Assembly: GCA_019749895.1 (NCBI GenBank)
Contig: JAIEPG010000002.1
Location: 133,750 to 197,749, forward strand
DNA length: 64,000 bases
Direction: 5' to 3'
DNA from: Candidatus Babeliales bacterium
Lineage (GTDB): Bacteria > Babelota > Babeliae > Babelales > RVW-14
The notes below the pieces were generated by a model, which saw only the letters and a list, made by a program, of their open reading frames with translations, ran no database searches and had not been told where the DNA came from. Numbering within the stretch: position 1 is the first letter of the stretch; the number at the start of each line of letters is the position of its first letter. Shown piece after piece: positions 1-11,492 of the stretch. Position numbers and translations under genes: made by a program.

Positions 1-2
1 GC

Positions 3-3000
3 TCTGGCACTGGTAGCATAACTCTTGATACATCACAAGAAGTTATAGACAGCTTGAAAGAAGTAGAACAAACCGAAACTGAAAAAAAAATAGCAGAACT
101 TGAAGCCCCTACCGAATCAGAAACAGGAAAAGAATTAGCAAAAGAGCATAAAAATAAAGAAAAAAAGTCAGCAAAAAAAACAAAAACTAAAAGCAAAAAA
201 AATAGCTCCGTACAAGCACAAGATAAACGTCAAGATCTTGGTTGTTTTTTTAGTATTACCTGGGCACAAGACGATACATCAAACAACGTTATTAACTTTG
301 GCGATACCGTAACTATTTGGTCGCTATATGCTGTTGAGGGAAATCTTAAAAAAGCTGGCTCACTGAGCAAAGAATGGAAATGGTGGGTAAGCGACAGCCA
401 CTTCTTGTGGAAGCCTGATCAGCTTGATATTCGGGTGTCGTTGCTCAATCATCCACACGCTCAAGATGGCTGGCAAACATTTAAACTGATAAGTCCATAC
501 AATCAAACGGGCCCAATTCGTTCAAACGACACAATTATTATTCAAAGTATGGCCCCGCACGCTCAAGAACGTAACCTCTGGGTAAATCAATACAGCTGGG
601 TTAATGCCAAGGAACATTTTGAAATAATAGTTCCTGCTATCAATACAGGATCTTGGCAGCCAGATTTTTATGGCCAACAAGATCTTGGCGGCGCACAGTA
701 TTTTACACTGCAAGCAGTAAACTCAGAAGCCGATATCCCTGATACCGGTATTTCAATTAATACTAACGACTTCAAGAAAACCGCACGCGATATTTTTGGC
801 GCAATTAAGGGAACACAATTTTGGTATGATAAAAAATTAGCAACAGCATCAGCAGCAAAATCACTCGTTAAATCTGAGTTAACAGCAGGCCTTGGTGTTG
901 TAAAAGAAATACGCAACAATACGGACTATCTTTTGACAACCAATAAACTTGGCGTTATCAAAAAGCATGACGCACTACATAACCAACGCTATGAACTCCT
1001 TGAACGACTAACACTTGAAGGCTTTGCAAAAGAAGCACCAATTACTGATTTTGGACCAGATCGCATGATTACTCTGAACAAAATGTTTAGCAAAGGATTT
1101 GCTTGGCTTGATACACCACTTGAACAACCAGGACAAGCCACAATAACATTCCTTGCTCGCGCGACTGACCATGGTGGCATAGAAGTTGCGTTTAACACAC
1201 AAGGAGATACCCAAGCAAATTGGCAGATTATTATTGGCGGCCTCAACAATACAACTTCTCAAATACTGCTTAATGGCAAACTTATGGCAGAAGCACCACT
1301 TGTTCGTGCAATACCTGGCCGATTTATTCCCTACTGGGTTTCAGTTAATAACGGCTTAATCTTAGTTGGTGAAGGCACACCTGGCTATGGCGTCTTAATG
1401 TCTGCTTACATGCCTGAAGCTATGCAAGTCACTCACGTTGGCTTTGGTTCACACGATGGACCGGTTGATTACGCGGAAATTCAAGTTGGTAAAGCACTGC
1501 GCGTGATTGCAGAAAAAGAAATTTATACCAAGCTTGATCATGATCTTACCCTACCAGCTGGAAGCAACAATGTTACTTTTATCGACGATCTTAAAGTTCG
1601 TATTCCAAATGAAACAACTATTGCCTTTACCGCTCAAGCAAAACATTCAGTTGCAGTAGTCTTACAAAATCAAAAAGGAGACCGATACAAGGTCGTTATT
1701 GGCGCCAATAATAATAAATTCTTGGAAATTGAACGTAATGGTATTGTCGTACATCAACTACTTACTGAGTTACTCCCTACCGCACGCGTATACTCCGACA
1801 AACCTACTGATTTTTGGGTAAGCATTCTTGGCGGCATGCTTATGCTAGGCCAAGGGAAAATTGGTGACAACTTATTTATGGCATGGCAAGACCCCGAGAG
1901 CCTAGAAAACATTACACTAATTGGCTTTCAGCCTTCAGATCACGAACAAAAAATTAGCAATGTAGAAATTGCACCACCCGTTACCATTGACATAGAAAAA
2001 GGATCAAATATTCAACAACAACTCCAAGGTTTTCCTTACAAAGGCTCTATGACTCTTCATAGACCTTACCGCTATGATTTTATTCAAACAGGCCAATTTG
2101 TAACCATGAAAGATATGGTAAGTGGCAAAATTTTTAGCGTTTTAAGTACGCCACAACAACAAGCTGAATACCAATTTTTAATTGATATTGACGCTCAAGG
2201 GGCCCCCACCGTACAAATTATGCAACAACCAGCGGAAGCAAAAGCAAAAATATTACTCCAACAAGGAGCCTTTCTTAAAGAAATAGAAGCTAATAAAATA
2301 GCAAAAATAGGTGAAGCAACCGCAGGTATTTTTCAAGCCGGAAGCCAAATAGCTTTAATGGTTGCAGGTTCTGCGGCAATGTCTCCAGACCCTATTTCAA
2401 TGATTGTTGCAGGCGTTTCAGCAGGCGTTGGAATATCTACCGCAACAGCGGGCGCCGGCATAAAAGCTGCTGCTGAAATTAAAGCTGAAGGACTTAAGGA
2501 TGAAGCACAAAAAATGCGAGTTGACGCACAATATGGATTTCGCGCTCAAAATAGTTATGTTTATGTTGAAGAGCCAAAAACAGAACGTGGAGCTACAGAA
2601 TCAATCCCTATTGAAGCACAACAAAATGCTGCAGCAGTGGTAAAGCAACTCAGCGAAGCAGAGAAATTCGCCTTTCAGGACCCAAGCCACTATTCTGTAC
2701 TATTAAAAATTTATACCGATATTTTACGTAGTCTTACTCATCCATTTGTTATTAACAGCACAGCAGATACTAAGAAGAAGATTTTTTATGGACTGGAACA
2801 AATCAAAAAATATTACCCAAAAAACCCAGATAAACTGATTATCATTCTTGATGTATTTGTACGCGCTTACTTAAATTATTATCTTGTTGATGCACAAAAT
2901 AAGGACGATGTTAAAGCAAAAGACAGTTGGTACTTTACTATTGCAGACATTGGCAAAACATTATTAAATGCCTCAGCACAAGATGAAGATTTTGTATTTA

Positions 3001-3803
3001 CTATTCCTGCGCTTTATGGCGAATACATTTGGATCCCATGGCAACTAAAAACTCCAAATCTCGGCTGGATAATTTTTGAAGCCCGCGGACCAAGCGACAT
3101 TTTTATATGTTTCTCAGAAGATGCCGTAAGTGTACGTAATACCGACACAGAACTTTATGAAACTATTATTGGTGGATGGAACAACAGTAAACATGTAATT
3201 CGTACAAAAAGTCTTGGCCGTTCAGCAGCAGAAATTAAAACCACTCGTTCATCGCAACTTTCTTTGCGAGAATTTAAAACATATTGGGTTGGCCTTAACG
3301 ATGGCATGATCAGCCTGGGAACTGGCGAACAAGTTGGCAAAAATATTATTATGCAATGGCAGGATCCATATCCTTGGAAAACTATTAAATTTATTGGCAT
3401 TAGCACGTGGGACGTACCGATAGAGCTTAAAAATGTTTATACCATGGAAACACTAGAGAGCCTGAAAAAGCTATCAGAAAATTTGCCCGCTTCTCTCGCT
3501 CAACAACTACAACCCGCAAGCCCAGAGCAACTACAAAAAGAACAAGAAGCCTTGGCAAAATACAAACCTGCGAACATAACCGCCCCACAAGCAGTTGCTA
3601 CACACGGTGCCACAAAAACAACACAAGCCCAAGGCAGAGATACTCAACGGGCTTACTACCAAGCAGATGTTGCACAAACTGGCTATTTACGCCCAGTTGC
3701 TCCCCCAGGAATGATGGGCATGCCAGGAATGGGTTACCCTGGGGCTTACCCTCCAGGAACAGGCTATATTATGCCACCAAATCAACAACAACCTACTCGC
3801 TAA
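3..3803 (+). CDS. Large multidomain protein, 5'-partial (ORF open to the window edge). It has three FAMeT/Methyltransf_FA-like modules, a central bilobed hydrophobic segment and a P/G/M/Y-rich C-tail.
   Basis: The reading frame of the 54..3803 ORF has no stop codon back to base 3, so the real start is probably upstream of the window. The region is Lys-rich at the N-terminus. Three internally homologous ~115-aa modules lie at nt 1137-1490, 1614-1970 and 3063-3437. A Gly/Ala-rich hydrophobic pair lies at nt 2307-2474. The TAA stop is followed by a strong hairpin terminator. Confidence 0.85.
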   Translation, partial: SGTGSITLDTSQEVIDSLKEVEQTETEKKIAELEAPTESETGKELAKEHKNKEKKSAKKTKTKSKKNSSVQAQDKRQDLGCFFSITWAQDDTSNNVINFGDTVTIWSLYAVEGNLKKAGSLSKEWKWWVSDSHFLWKPDQLDIRVSLLNHPHAQDGWQTFKLISPYNQTGPIRSNDTIIIQSMAPHAQERNLWVNQYSWVNAKEHFEIIVPAINTGSWQPDFYGQQDLGGAQYFTLQAVNSEADIPDTGISINTNDFKKTARDIFGAIKGTQFWYDKKLATASAAKSLVKSELTAGLGVVKEIRNNTDYLLTTNKLGVIKKHDALHNQRYELLERLTLEGFAKEAPITDFGPDRMITLNKMFSKGFAWLDTPLEQPGQATITFLARATDHGGIEVAFNTQGDTQANWQIIIGGLNNTTSQILLNGKLMAEAPLVRAIPGRFIPYWVSVNNGLILVGEGTPGYGVLMSAYMPEAMQVTHVGFGSHDGPVDYAEIQVGKALRVIAEKEIYTKLDHDLTLPAGSNNVTFIDDLKVRIPNETTIAFTAQAKHSVAVVLQNQKGDRYKVVIGANNNKFLEIERNGIVVHQLLTELLPTARVYSDKPTDFWVSILGGMLMLGQGKIGDNLFMAWQDPESLENITLIGFQPSDHEQKISNVEIAPPVTIDIEKGSNIQQQLQGFPYKGSMTLHRPYRYDFIQTGQFVTMKDMVSGKIFSVLSTPQQQAEYQFLIDIDAQGAPTVQIMQQPAEAKAKILLQQGAFLKEIEANKIAKIGEATAGIFQAGSQIALMVAGSAAMSPDPISMIVAGVSAGVGISTATAGAGIKAAAEIKAEGLKDEAQKMRVDAQYGFRAQNSYVYVEEPKTERGATESIPIEAQQNAAAVVKQLSEAEKFAFQDPSHYSVLLKIYTDILRSLTHPFVINSTADTKKKIFYGLEQIKKYYPKNPDKLIIILDVFVRAYLNYYLVDAQNKDDVKAKDSWYFTIADIGKTLLNASAQDEDFVFTIPALYGEYIWIPWQLKTPNLGWIIFEARGPSDIFICFSEDAVSVRNTDTELYETIIGGWNNSKHVIRTKSLGRSAAEIKTTRSSQLSLREFKTYWVGLNDGMISLGTGEQVGKNIIMQWQDPYPWKTIKFIGISTWDVPIELKNVYTMETLESLKKLSENLPASLAQQLQPASPEQLQKEQEALAKYKPANITAPQAVATHGATKTTQAQGRDTQRAYYQADVAQTGYLRPVAPPGMMGMPGMGYPGAYPPGTGYIMPPNQQQPTR

Positions 3804-3827
3804 TACTTTGCTATAATTATTCGCATT

Positions 3828-3859
3828 AAAAAAGGCCCCGAAGATTCGGGGCCTTTTTT
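3828..3859. terminator. Bidirectional rho-independent terminator between the convergent giant ORF and gyrB
   Basis: The element reads A6 - GGCCCCG - aagatt - CGGGGCC - T6. It is a perfect 7-bp GC-rich stem flanked by an A-run and a T-run, and it sits exactly between two convergent stop codons (3803 and 3874). Confidence 0.75.
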
Positions 3860-3873
3860 AAAATAGAATCGTT

Positions 3874-6351
<2,478 letters not shown>

Positions 6352-6468
6352 TCAAAAAGAAGCTTTAATTTTGAAAGAAATTTTTTGTATTATTAAAACA
6401 CAGGCACTAGTATAGCACCATTAAGAGTATCTATCAAAATTTGAAAACAAAAAGATGCGTTAAGTACT

Positions 6469-6945
6469 ATGAAAACAGAAAAAAAGACCTTTTTTATGAA
6501 CGAGGCCCTCAAACAAGCTCAAAAAGCTTTAGACAACCAAGAAGTACCCATCGGCGCTATAATTGTGGGACCCGACAATACTATTATTGCACGTGCCTAT
6601 AATAAGATTGAAATGATGCAGTCTCAAACAGCACACGCAGAGATCTTAGCTATCCAGAAAGCTTATAAAAAGGTTGGCAATTGGAGGTTGAACGGATGTT
6701 GGATCTATGTTACCCTTGAGCCTTGTTTAATGTGCCTGGGCTTAATTAAACTGAGTAGGCTAAAGGGAATAGTATTTGGAGCAAAATCAACCTTGTTCGG
6801 CATAGGGCTTGATGAAATAGAAAATCATATACCGTTTTACATTCAGAATTTAAGCATTGAGGGCGGGGTGGAACATGAAGCAAGTCTTTCCCTCTTAAAA
6901 TTGTTTTTCAAAAAGATTAGAAAAAAAGAGAAAGGGCAGCCATGA
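6469..6945 (+). CDS. tadA: tRNA-specific adenosine deaminase (CMP/dCMP deaminase fold)
   Basis: Zinc motifs HAE(ILAI) and PCLMC are present. The protein is 158 aa, typical of TadA in size and layout. Confidence 0.85.
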   Translation: MKTEKKTFFMNEALKQAQKALDNQEVPIGAIIVGPDNTIIARAYNKIEMMQSQTAHAEILAIQKAYKKVGNWRLNGCWIYVTLEPCLMCLGLIKLSRLKGIVFGAKSTLFGIGLDEIENHIPFYIQNLSIEGGVEHEASLSLLKLFFKKIRKKEKGQP

Positions 6946-7286
6946 AACAACGAACAGATGCGCTTCATAGAATTAAGGATAGACTTCTACAAAGAAAAGT
7001 AGAAATGACTATGCTTCTTTCTTCGTCAACAAATGAAAAGTTTGCCGACGATCAAATTCAAGATAGTGGCGATGAGGCACTTTCTCTTACCATGGAAAAC
7101 CTCAAAAACTCACTTGAACAAAATGAAATTGATGAATTACGCTTGATAGATAACGCACTTATGCGCATAGATCGCGGAGAATATGGCTCATGCCTTGACT
7201 GCGAAGAGCATATTTCAGAACGACGCTTAGAAAATTTTCCGTATGCTGCTCGTTGCATTGTTTGCCAAGAAGCTCTTGAAGGATAA
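6942..7286 (+). CDS. DksA/TraR-family C4 zinc-finger protein
   Basis: The C-terminus carries CLDC-x17-CIVC after a coiled-coil-like N-region. The start overlaps the tadA stop by 4 nt (ATGA). Confidence 0.75.
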   Translation: MKQRTDALHRIKDRLLQRKVEMTMLLSSSTNEKFADDQIQDSGDEALSLTMENLKNSLEQNEIDELRLIDNALMRIDRGEYGSCLDCEEHISERRLENFPYAARCIVCQEALEG

Positions 7287-7338
7287 GTTTTTTCAGGATA
7301 GAATACACTAAGAATTACCTAGTAAAACCTGAAGAAAT

Positions 7339-7413
7339 GCCGATGTAGCTCAGTGGTAGAGCAACTGATTCGTAATCAGTAGGCCGTCGGTTCAACTCCG
7401 ATCATCGGCTCCA
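7339..7413 (+). tRNA. tRNA-Thr (anticodon CGT)
   Basis: Manual cloverleaf: acceptor GCCGATG/CATCGGC, D-arm GCTC..GAGC, anticodon stem ACTGA/TCAGT with loop TTCGTAA, T-loop TTCAACT, encoded CCA. Confidence 0.9.
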
Positions 7414-7568
7414 GTATTTTCTAGCTGAAATTCTACTTGTTTGTTTTTTAATGATTTTTGTCATTTTTGCTCCTTTTTGACAAAATGAGCTTTTATGACT
7501 ACTCTATTGTATTAATTAGCACAGTTTTAGTTATAACTTTAGTCCTTTTAGCTTAGGTTTACGGATTT

Positions 7569-7979
7569 ATGAAAGACGCTCAAAAAAGCAAAACTAGCTC
7601 TTCCATTCATGGTGTTGGACGAAGAAAAAAAGCTGTTGCACGTGTTTGGCTGAGCAAAGGCAGCGGAACAATTACCGTCAACGGTTTAAATCATGAAGAA
7701 TATTTCGATACGTTGATCAATCGCAGTAGCCTTTCCATTCCATTCAAAGTTGCTAATCAAAAAGGCTTTGATGCAAAGGTTAGTGTTAACGGCGGCGGCA
7801 TGAAAGGCCAAGCAGATGCTATTCGTCTTGGGATTGCGCGAGCACTTCTTGAGTCTGATGAAACATTAAGAGCTACATTGCGTAAAAACGATCTCCTTAC
7901 CGTTGACTCTCGCGTTAAAGAACGTAAAAAATACGGTCAACGTGGCGCACGCAGAAAGTTCCAATTCGTCAAAAGATAA
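7569..7979 (+). CDS. rpsI: 30S ribosomal protein S9
   Basis: GVGRRKKAVARVWL, GGGMKGQADAIRLGIARAL and the C-terminal RRKFQFVKR are typical of uS9. Confidence 0.95.
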   Translation: MKDAQKSKTSSSIHGVGRRKKAVARVWLSKGSGTITVNGLNHEEYFDTLINRSSLSIPFKVANQKGFDAKVSVNGGGMKGQADAIRLGIARALLESDETLRATLRKNDLLTVDSRVKERKKYGQRGARRKFQFVKR

Positions 7980-8097
7980 TCTTTCTGGCTTTACCATTCA
8001 TTTACTGCTAAGGTACCACTTAGTGGATCCTTATCTTTGTGCAGCATCATAAAAGGTAATAAGAAATGTTATTATTAACGCAATTGACTAAAATATC

Positions 8098-9987
8098 ATG
8101 TGTGGCATAGTTTCGTACGTCGGCAATAAGTCTTGCCGGCAATTTATTCTTGATGGCTTAACACGACTTGAATACAGAGGCTATGACTCCGCTGGAATTA
8201 TTTGTATTGATAGCAAACATAAGCATTTTAGCTATCAAAAAGAAGCCGGCGGTATTTCTCTGCTTAAAAAATTAGTAAAAACTACTAAGTTTGATGGTTT
8301 CATTGGCATGGGGCACACGCGCTGGGCAACGCATGGCGTTGTTGATAAAGCAAATGCACACCCACACTTCAACTGTCATAAAAGCGTCGCCGTTATCCAC
8401 AATGGTATTGTTGAAGGGTACGAAAAAATTCGTGAAGAGCTTATTAAAGAAAACCACGAGTTTTATTCAACAACCGATACCGAAGTCATTGCTCACTTAT
8501 TCAGTTCACTTTTAACTAAGCACAAAAATATTATTCCAGCAGTTTTAGAACTTACGCAAAAGCTCCATGGAGCTTTTGCGCTTGTCATTATGATGGAAGA
8601 ATATCCAGATCAGCTCTTATTAATCAGAAGACGCTCACCATTGGTTATTGGCATTGGACAAGATGAAATGTTTGCAGCTTCTGACTACATGGCTTTTTCA
8701 GATCAAACAAAAACGGTACTTTTCTTGCCAGACAATAGCTTTGCGCTTGTAAAAAAAGACGCTCTTGCGCTCTATGATTTTACTGGAAACACCGTTACAG
8801 CCCAAACGCAAACAATCGACCAAACATTCAGCTCGACAGACAAGCAGGGCTTTGAACATTACATGCTCAAAGAAATCTACGAACAAAAGCGGGCGATTAA
8901 TAGAACCATTTCTTTTTTTAAGATTATTGGCAATAACACTGAATCCAATTCCTTTTCCTCCAAAGAAGAATATAACGAAGGCATTTGGCGCCAACTAGGC
9001 CTTACCGCAGATCAGGTTAAAAACTTAAAATCTTTAAACCTCATTGCTGCAGGCACTTCATGGCATGCTGCACGCATTGCTCAGTTCTTTTTTGAAATAA
9101 TTTGTAAAATTCCAACGCGAGTTTCTTTGGCATCAGAATTTCAACATATGCCATTTTTTCCTGATGCAAACAGTGTTTATATATTAATTTCTCAATCTGG
9201 AGAAACTGCAGACACACTGCAAGCGCTACGTTTAATTACAACCGCTAGTTTACAAACTATTGCTCTTACCAACGTTGCCTCAAGTACCATTGTACGCGAA
9301 GCTGATGGCTTTATGCCTATGCAAGCAGGACCAGAAATTTCAGTTGCTTCAACAAAAGCGTTTTCTACTCAAGTCGCCTCACTTTATTGGCTTGCCAACC
9401 GCATAGCACTTGAGCGAGGCATAATTAGCCAAGGAGAAATGCACGAAGCAGAAGAAGATCTCTTCATAACCGCTGAAATTTTAGAAACGGTTATAGAAAC
9501 CTACAAATTGACTATCTCCCAAACATTGGCTCAAAAATATAGCACGTACAACCGCTTTATTTTTCTTGGCCGCCATATTAGCTATCCCTTTGCTTTAGAA
9601 GCTTCGCTTAAACTCAAAGAGATTTCTTATATCTTTTCGCAATGCTATCCAGCTGGCGAGCTTAAGCACGGCCCCATTGCATTAATCGACGACCAAACAC
9701 CTGTCGTTATTTTTTCAGTACTCGACGAGATAATTTACTGGAAAATTTTGGCAAACGCACAAGAAGTTAAAGCGCGCCACGGCCACTTGATTGTGTTTGC
9801 ATTTGAAGGACAAAAAGAACTGATCAACCTTGCAGACACAGCTTTTATTATCCCTCTGGTCAAACCACTTCTTGCCCCTCTTGCCATGACTGGCATTATG
9901 CAATATTTTGTTTACGAAATTACACGAGCTCTTGACCGACCCATTGACAAGCCCAGAAACCTGGCAAAATCAGTTACTGTTGAGTAA
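8098..9987 (+). CDS. glmS: Glutamine--fructose-6-phosphate aminotransferase
   Basis: N-terminal MCGIV (Ntn nucleophile Cys2), a GATase-2 domain, two SIS domains and the C-terminal VTVE. Confidence 0.95.
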   Translation: MCGIVSYVGNKSCRQFILDGLTRLEYRGYDSAGIICIDSKHKHFSYQKEAGGISLLKKLVKTTKFDGFIGMGHTRWATHGVVDKANAHPHFNCHKSVAVIHNGIVEGYEKIREELIKENHEFYSTTDTEVIAHLFSSLLTKHKNIIPAVLELTQKLHGAFALVIMMEEYPDQLLLIRRRSPLVIGIGQDEMFAASDYMAFSDQTKTVLFLPDNSFALVKKDALALYDFTGNTVTAQTQTIDQTFSSTDKQGFEHYMLKEIYEQKRAINRTISFFKIIGNNTESNSFSSKEEYNEGIWRQLGLTADQVKNLKSLNLIAAGTSWHAARIAQFFFEIICKIPTRVSLASEFQHMPFFPDANSVYILISQSGETADTLQALRLITTASLQTIALTNVASSTIVREADGFMPMQAGPEISVASTKAFSTQVASLYWLANRIALERGIISQGEMHEAEEDLFITAEILETVIETYKLTISQTLAQKYSTYNRFIFLGRHISYPFALEASLKLKEISYIFSQCYPAGELKHGPIALIDDQTPVVIFSVLDEIIYWKILANAQEVKARHGHLIVFAFEGQKELINLADTAFIIPLVKPLLAPLAMTGIMQYFVYEITRALDRPIDKPRNLAKSVTVE

Positions 9988-10061
9988 TGTGGTTTATCAG
10001 CAATCGCACAAAAGCGATTGTTCTCGAGCAGTCAGTTGTTCATTAAATTAAAGGACTTGTC

Positions 10062-11492
10062 ATGAATCTTGCTTATTTTATTTCATTTTTTTTGTACTTT
10101 GCAATTTTGCTCGTCGTTGGCATTCTTTTTTACAACAGACAAAAAGATGCCGGTGACTTTATGGTTGGCAGCCGGTCACTTAATTACTGGGTAACCGCCA
10201 TTGCCACACACGCAACCGACATGAGCACCTGGCTCTTTATGGCCTACCCAGGCTTAGTTTACCGCGAAGGAATGCCAGGTTGTTTAATTGCTATTGCCCT
10301 TACACTAGGTATGCATTTTACGTGGAAATATATTGCACCACAATTGCGTATTGCAACCGAAAAAACCAACAGTCCAACGCTCATCAGTTATTTTGAAAAA
10401 CGATTTAACGATCCCGCTGGCCATATCAGACTGCTCGGCGCTGTTATTTCGCTCGTTTTTTTCACACTTTATATTTCTGCAGGTATTGTAGGCCTTGGCC
10501 GCGCGGTAGAAGCAGCGTTTGCCGTTAATTACCACATTGCTATTTCGATTGGCACCCTGGGCATTGTTGCCTACACCCTGCTGGGCGGCTTTATTGCAAT
10601 TGCCTGGAACGACTTTATTCAAGGTATGTTTGTACTCTTCATTTTGCTTTTTGTGCCAATTTATGCTTGCTGGTTTTTAGGCGGACCTTCTACTATTATT
10701 AATGCTTTAGTCAGTAAAAATATTGCACTCACACCATTTCCAGATTTTTCATGGCACAGTTTTTTGAAAAATGTTGTACCTGCTGTAGGCTGGGGACTTG
10801 GTTATTTTGGGATGCCACATATTTTAGTTAATTTTATGGGCATTGATAACGTAAAAAATATTAAAAAAGCACACACCCTTGGTATTATGTGGCAAATATT
10901 AACTACCATTTTTTCGGCAACACTTATTGGCTTAATTGGTATTATATTTTTTGCACAAACAGGCTTGGCTGACAGCGAACTAGTATTTGTAGGTATGGCG
11001 CAACAAATGTTCCCACCATACTTATCTGGATTTATTTTGTGCGGTATTTTGGCAGCAGCAATCACAACTATGGACTCACAAATTCTTGTTGCAGCTTCCA
11101 CCATTGCTCAAGATGTTTATCGCAAGTTTTTCAATCAAAAAGTCTCGTCACACAATCTCATGCAAATTTCTCGTCTTGGCGGGCTTGGCATAACATTTAT
11201 TGCATTTTTGTTTGCATTCAATAACCACGATTCAATTTTAGATCTGGTGTATCACGCATGGTCTGGCTTGGGTGGTTCGTTTGGCCCACTCCTACTTGCT
11301 TCATTTTATTGGAAATCAACCATCACCAAACACGGTGCTTTTACCGGTATTTTAGTTGGCGGGTTGGTTGCTGGCAGCTGGCGTTACCTAGAAACAGGCT
11401 TTAACGCACCTCTTATTCCCGCATTTATTTTGAGCTTTTTAAGTATTTATGTTGTTTCAAGAATGACTGAAAAAGTCGGTAACAACGCTTAA
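10062..11492 (+). CDS. Sodium:solute symporter family transporter (PutP/PanF-like)
   Basis: The 476-aa protein is hydrophobic throughout, with about 12-13 TM segments and an SSF-like pattern (N-terminal FxxYxxxLxxVG, GSRSLN, multiple GG/GxxxG helices). Substrate is not assignable. Its 3' end overlaps the radA 3' end by 4 nt. Confidence 0.75.
   Translation: MNLAYFISFFLYFAILLVVGILFYNRQKDAGDFMVGSRSLNYWVTAIATHATDMSTWLFMAYPGLVYREGMPGCLIAIALTLGMHFTWKYIAPQLRIATEKTNSPTLISYFEKRFNDPAGHIRLLGAVISLVFFTLYISAGIVGLGRAVEAAFAVNYHIAISIGTLGIVAYTLLGGFIAIAWNDFIQGMFVLFILLFVPIYACWFLGGPSTIINALVSKNIALTPFPDFSWHSFLKNVVPAVGWGLGYFGMPHILVNFMGIDNVKNIKKAHTLGIMWQILTTIFSATLIGLIGIIFFAQTGLADSELVFVGMAQQMFPPYLSGFILCGILAAAITTMDSQILVAASTIAQDVYRKFFNQKVSSHNLMQISRLGGLGITFIAFLFAFNNHDSILDLVYHAWSGLGGSFGPLLLASFYWKSTITKHGAFTGILVGGLVAGSWRYLETGFNAPLIPAFILSFLSIYVVSRMTEKVGNNA

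Noticed and set aside
522-3406. Short minus-strand ORFs (63-86 aa) inside the giant plus-strand ORF
   Set aside because: They lie entirely within a long, internally consistent coding frame. They have no motifs and no RBS. They are typical antisense shadow ORFs.
7980-8097. glmS ribozyme or other leader upstream of glmS
   Set aside because: The 118-nt spacer shows no pseudoknotted core-like conserved segments that I can recognise. The glmS ribozyme is essentially a Gram-positive feature, so there is no support here.
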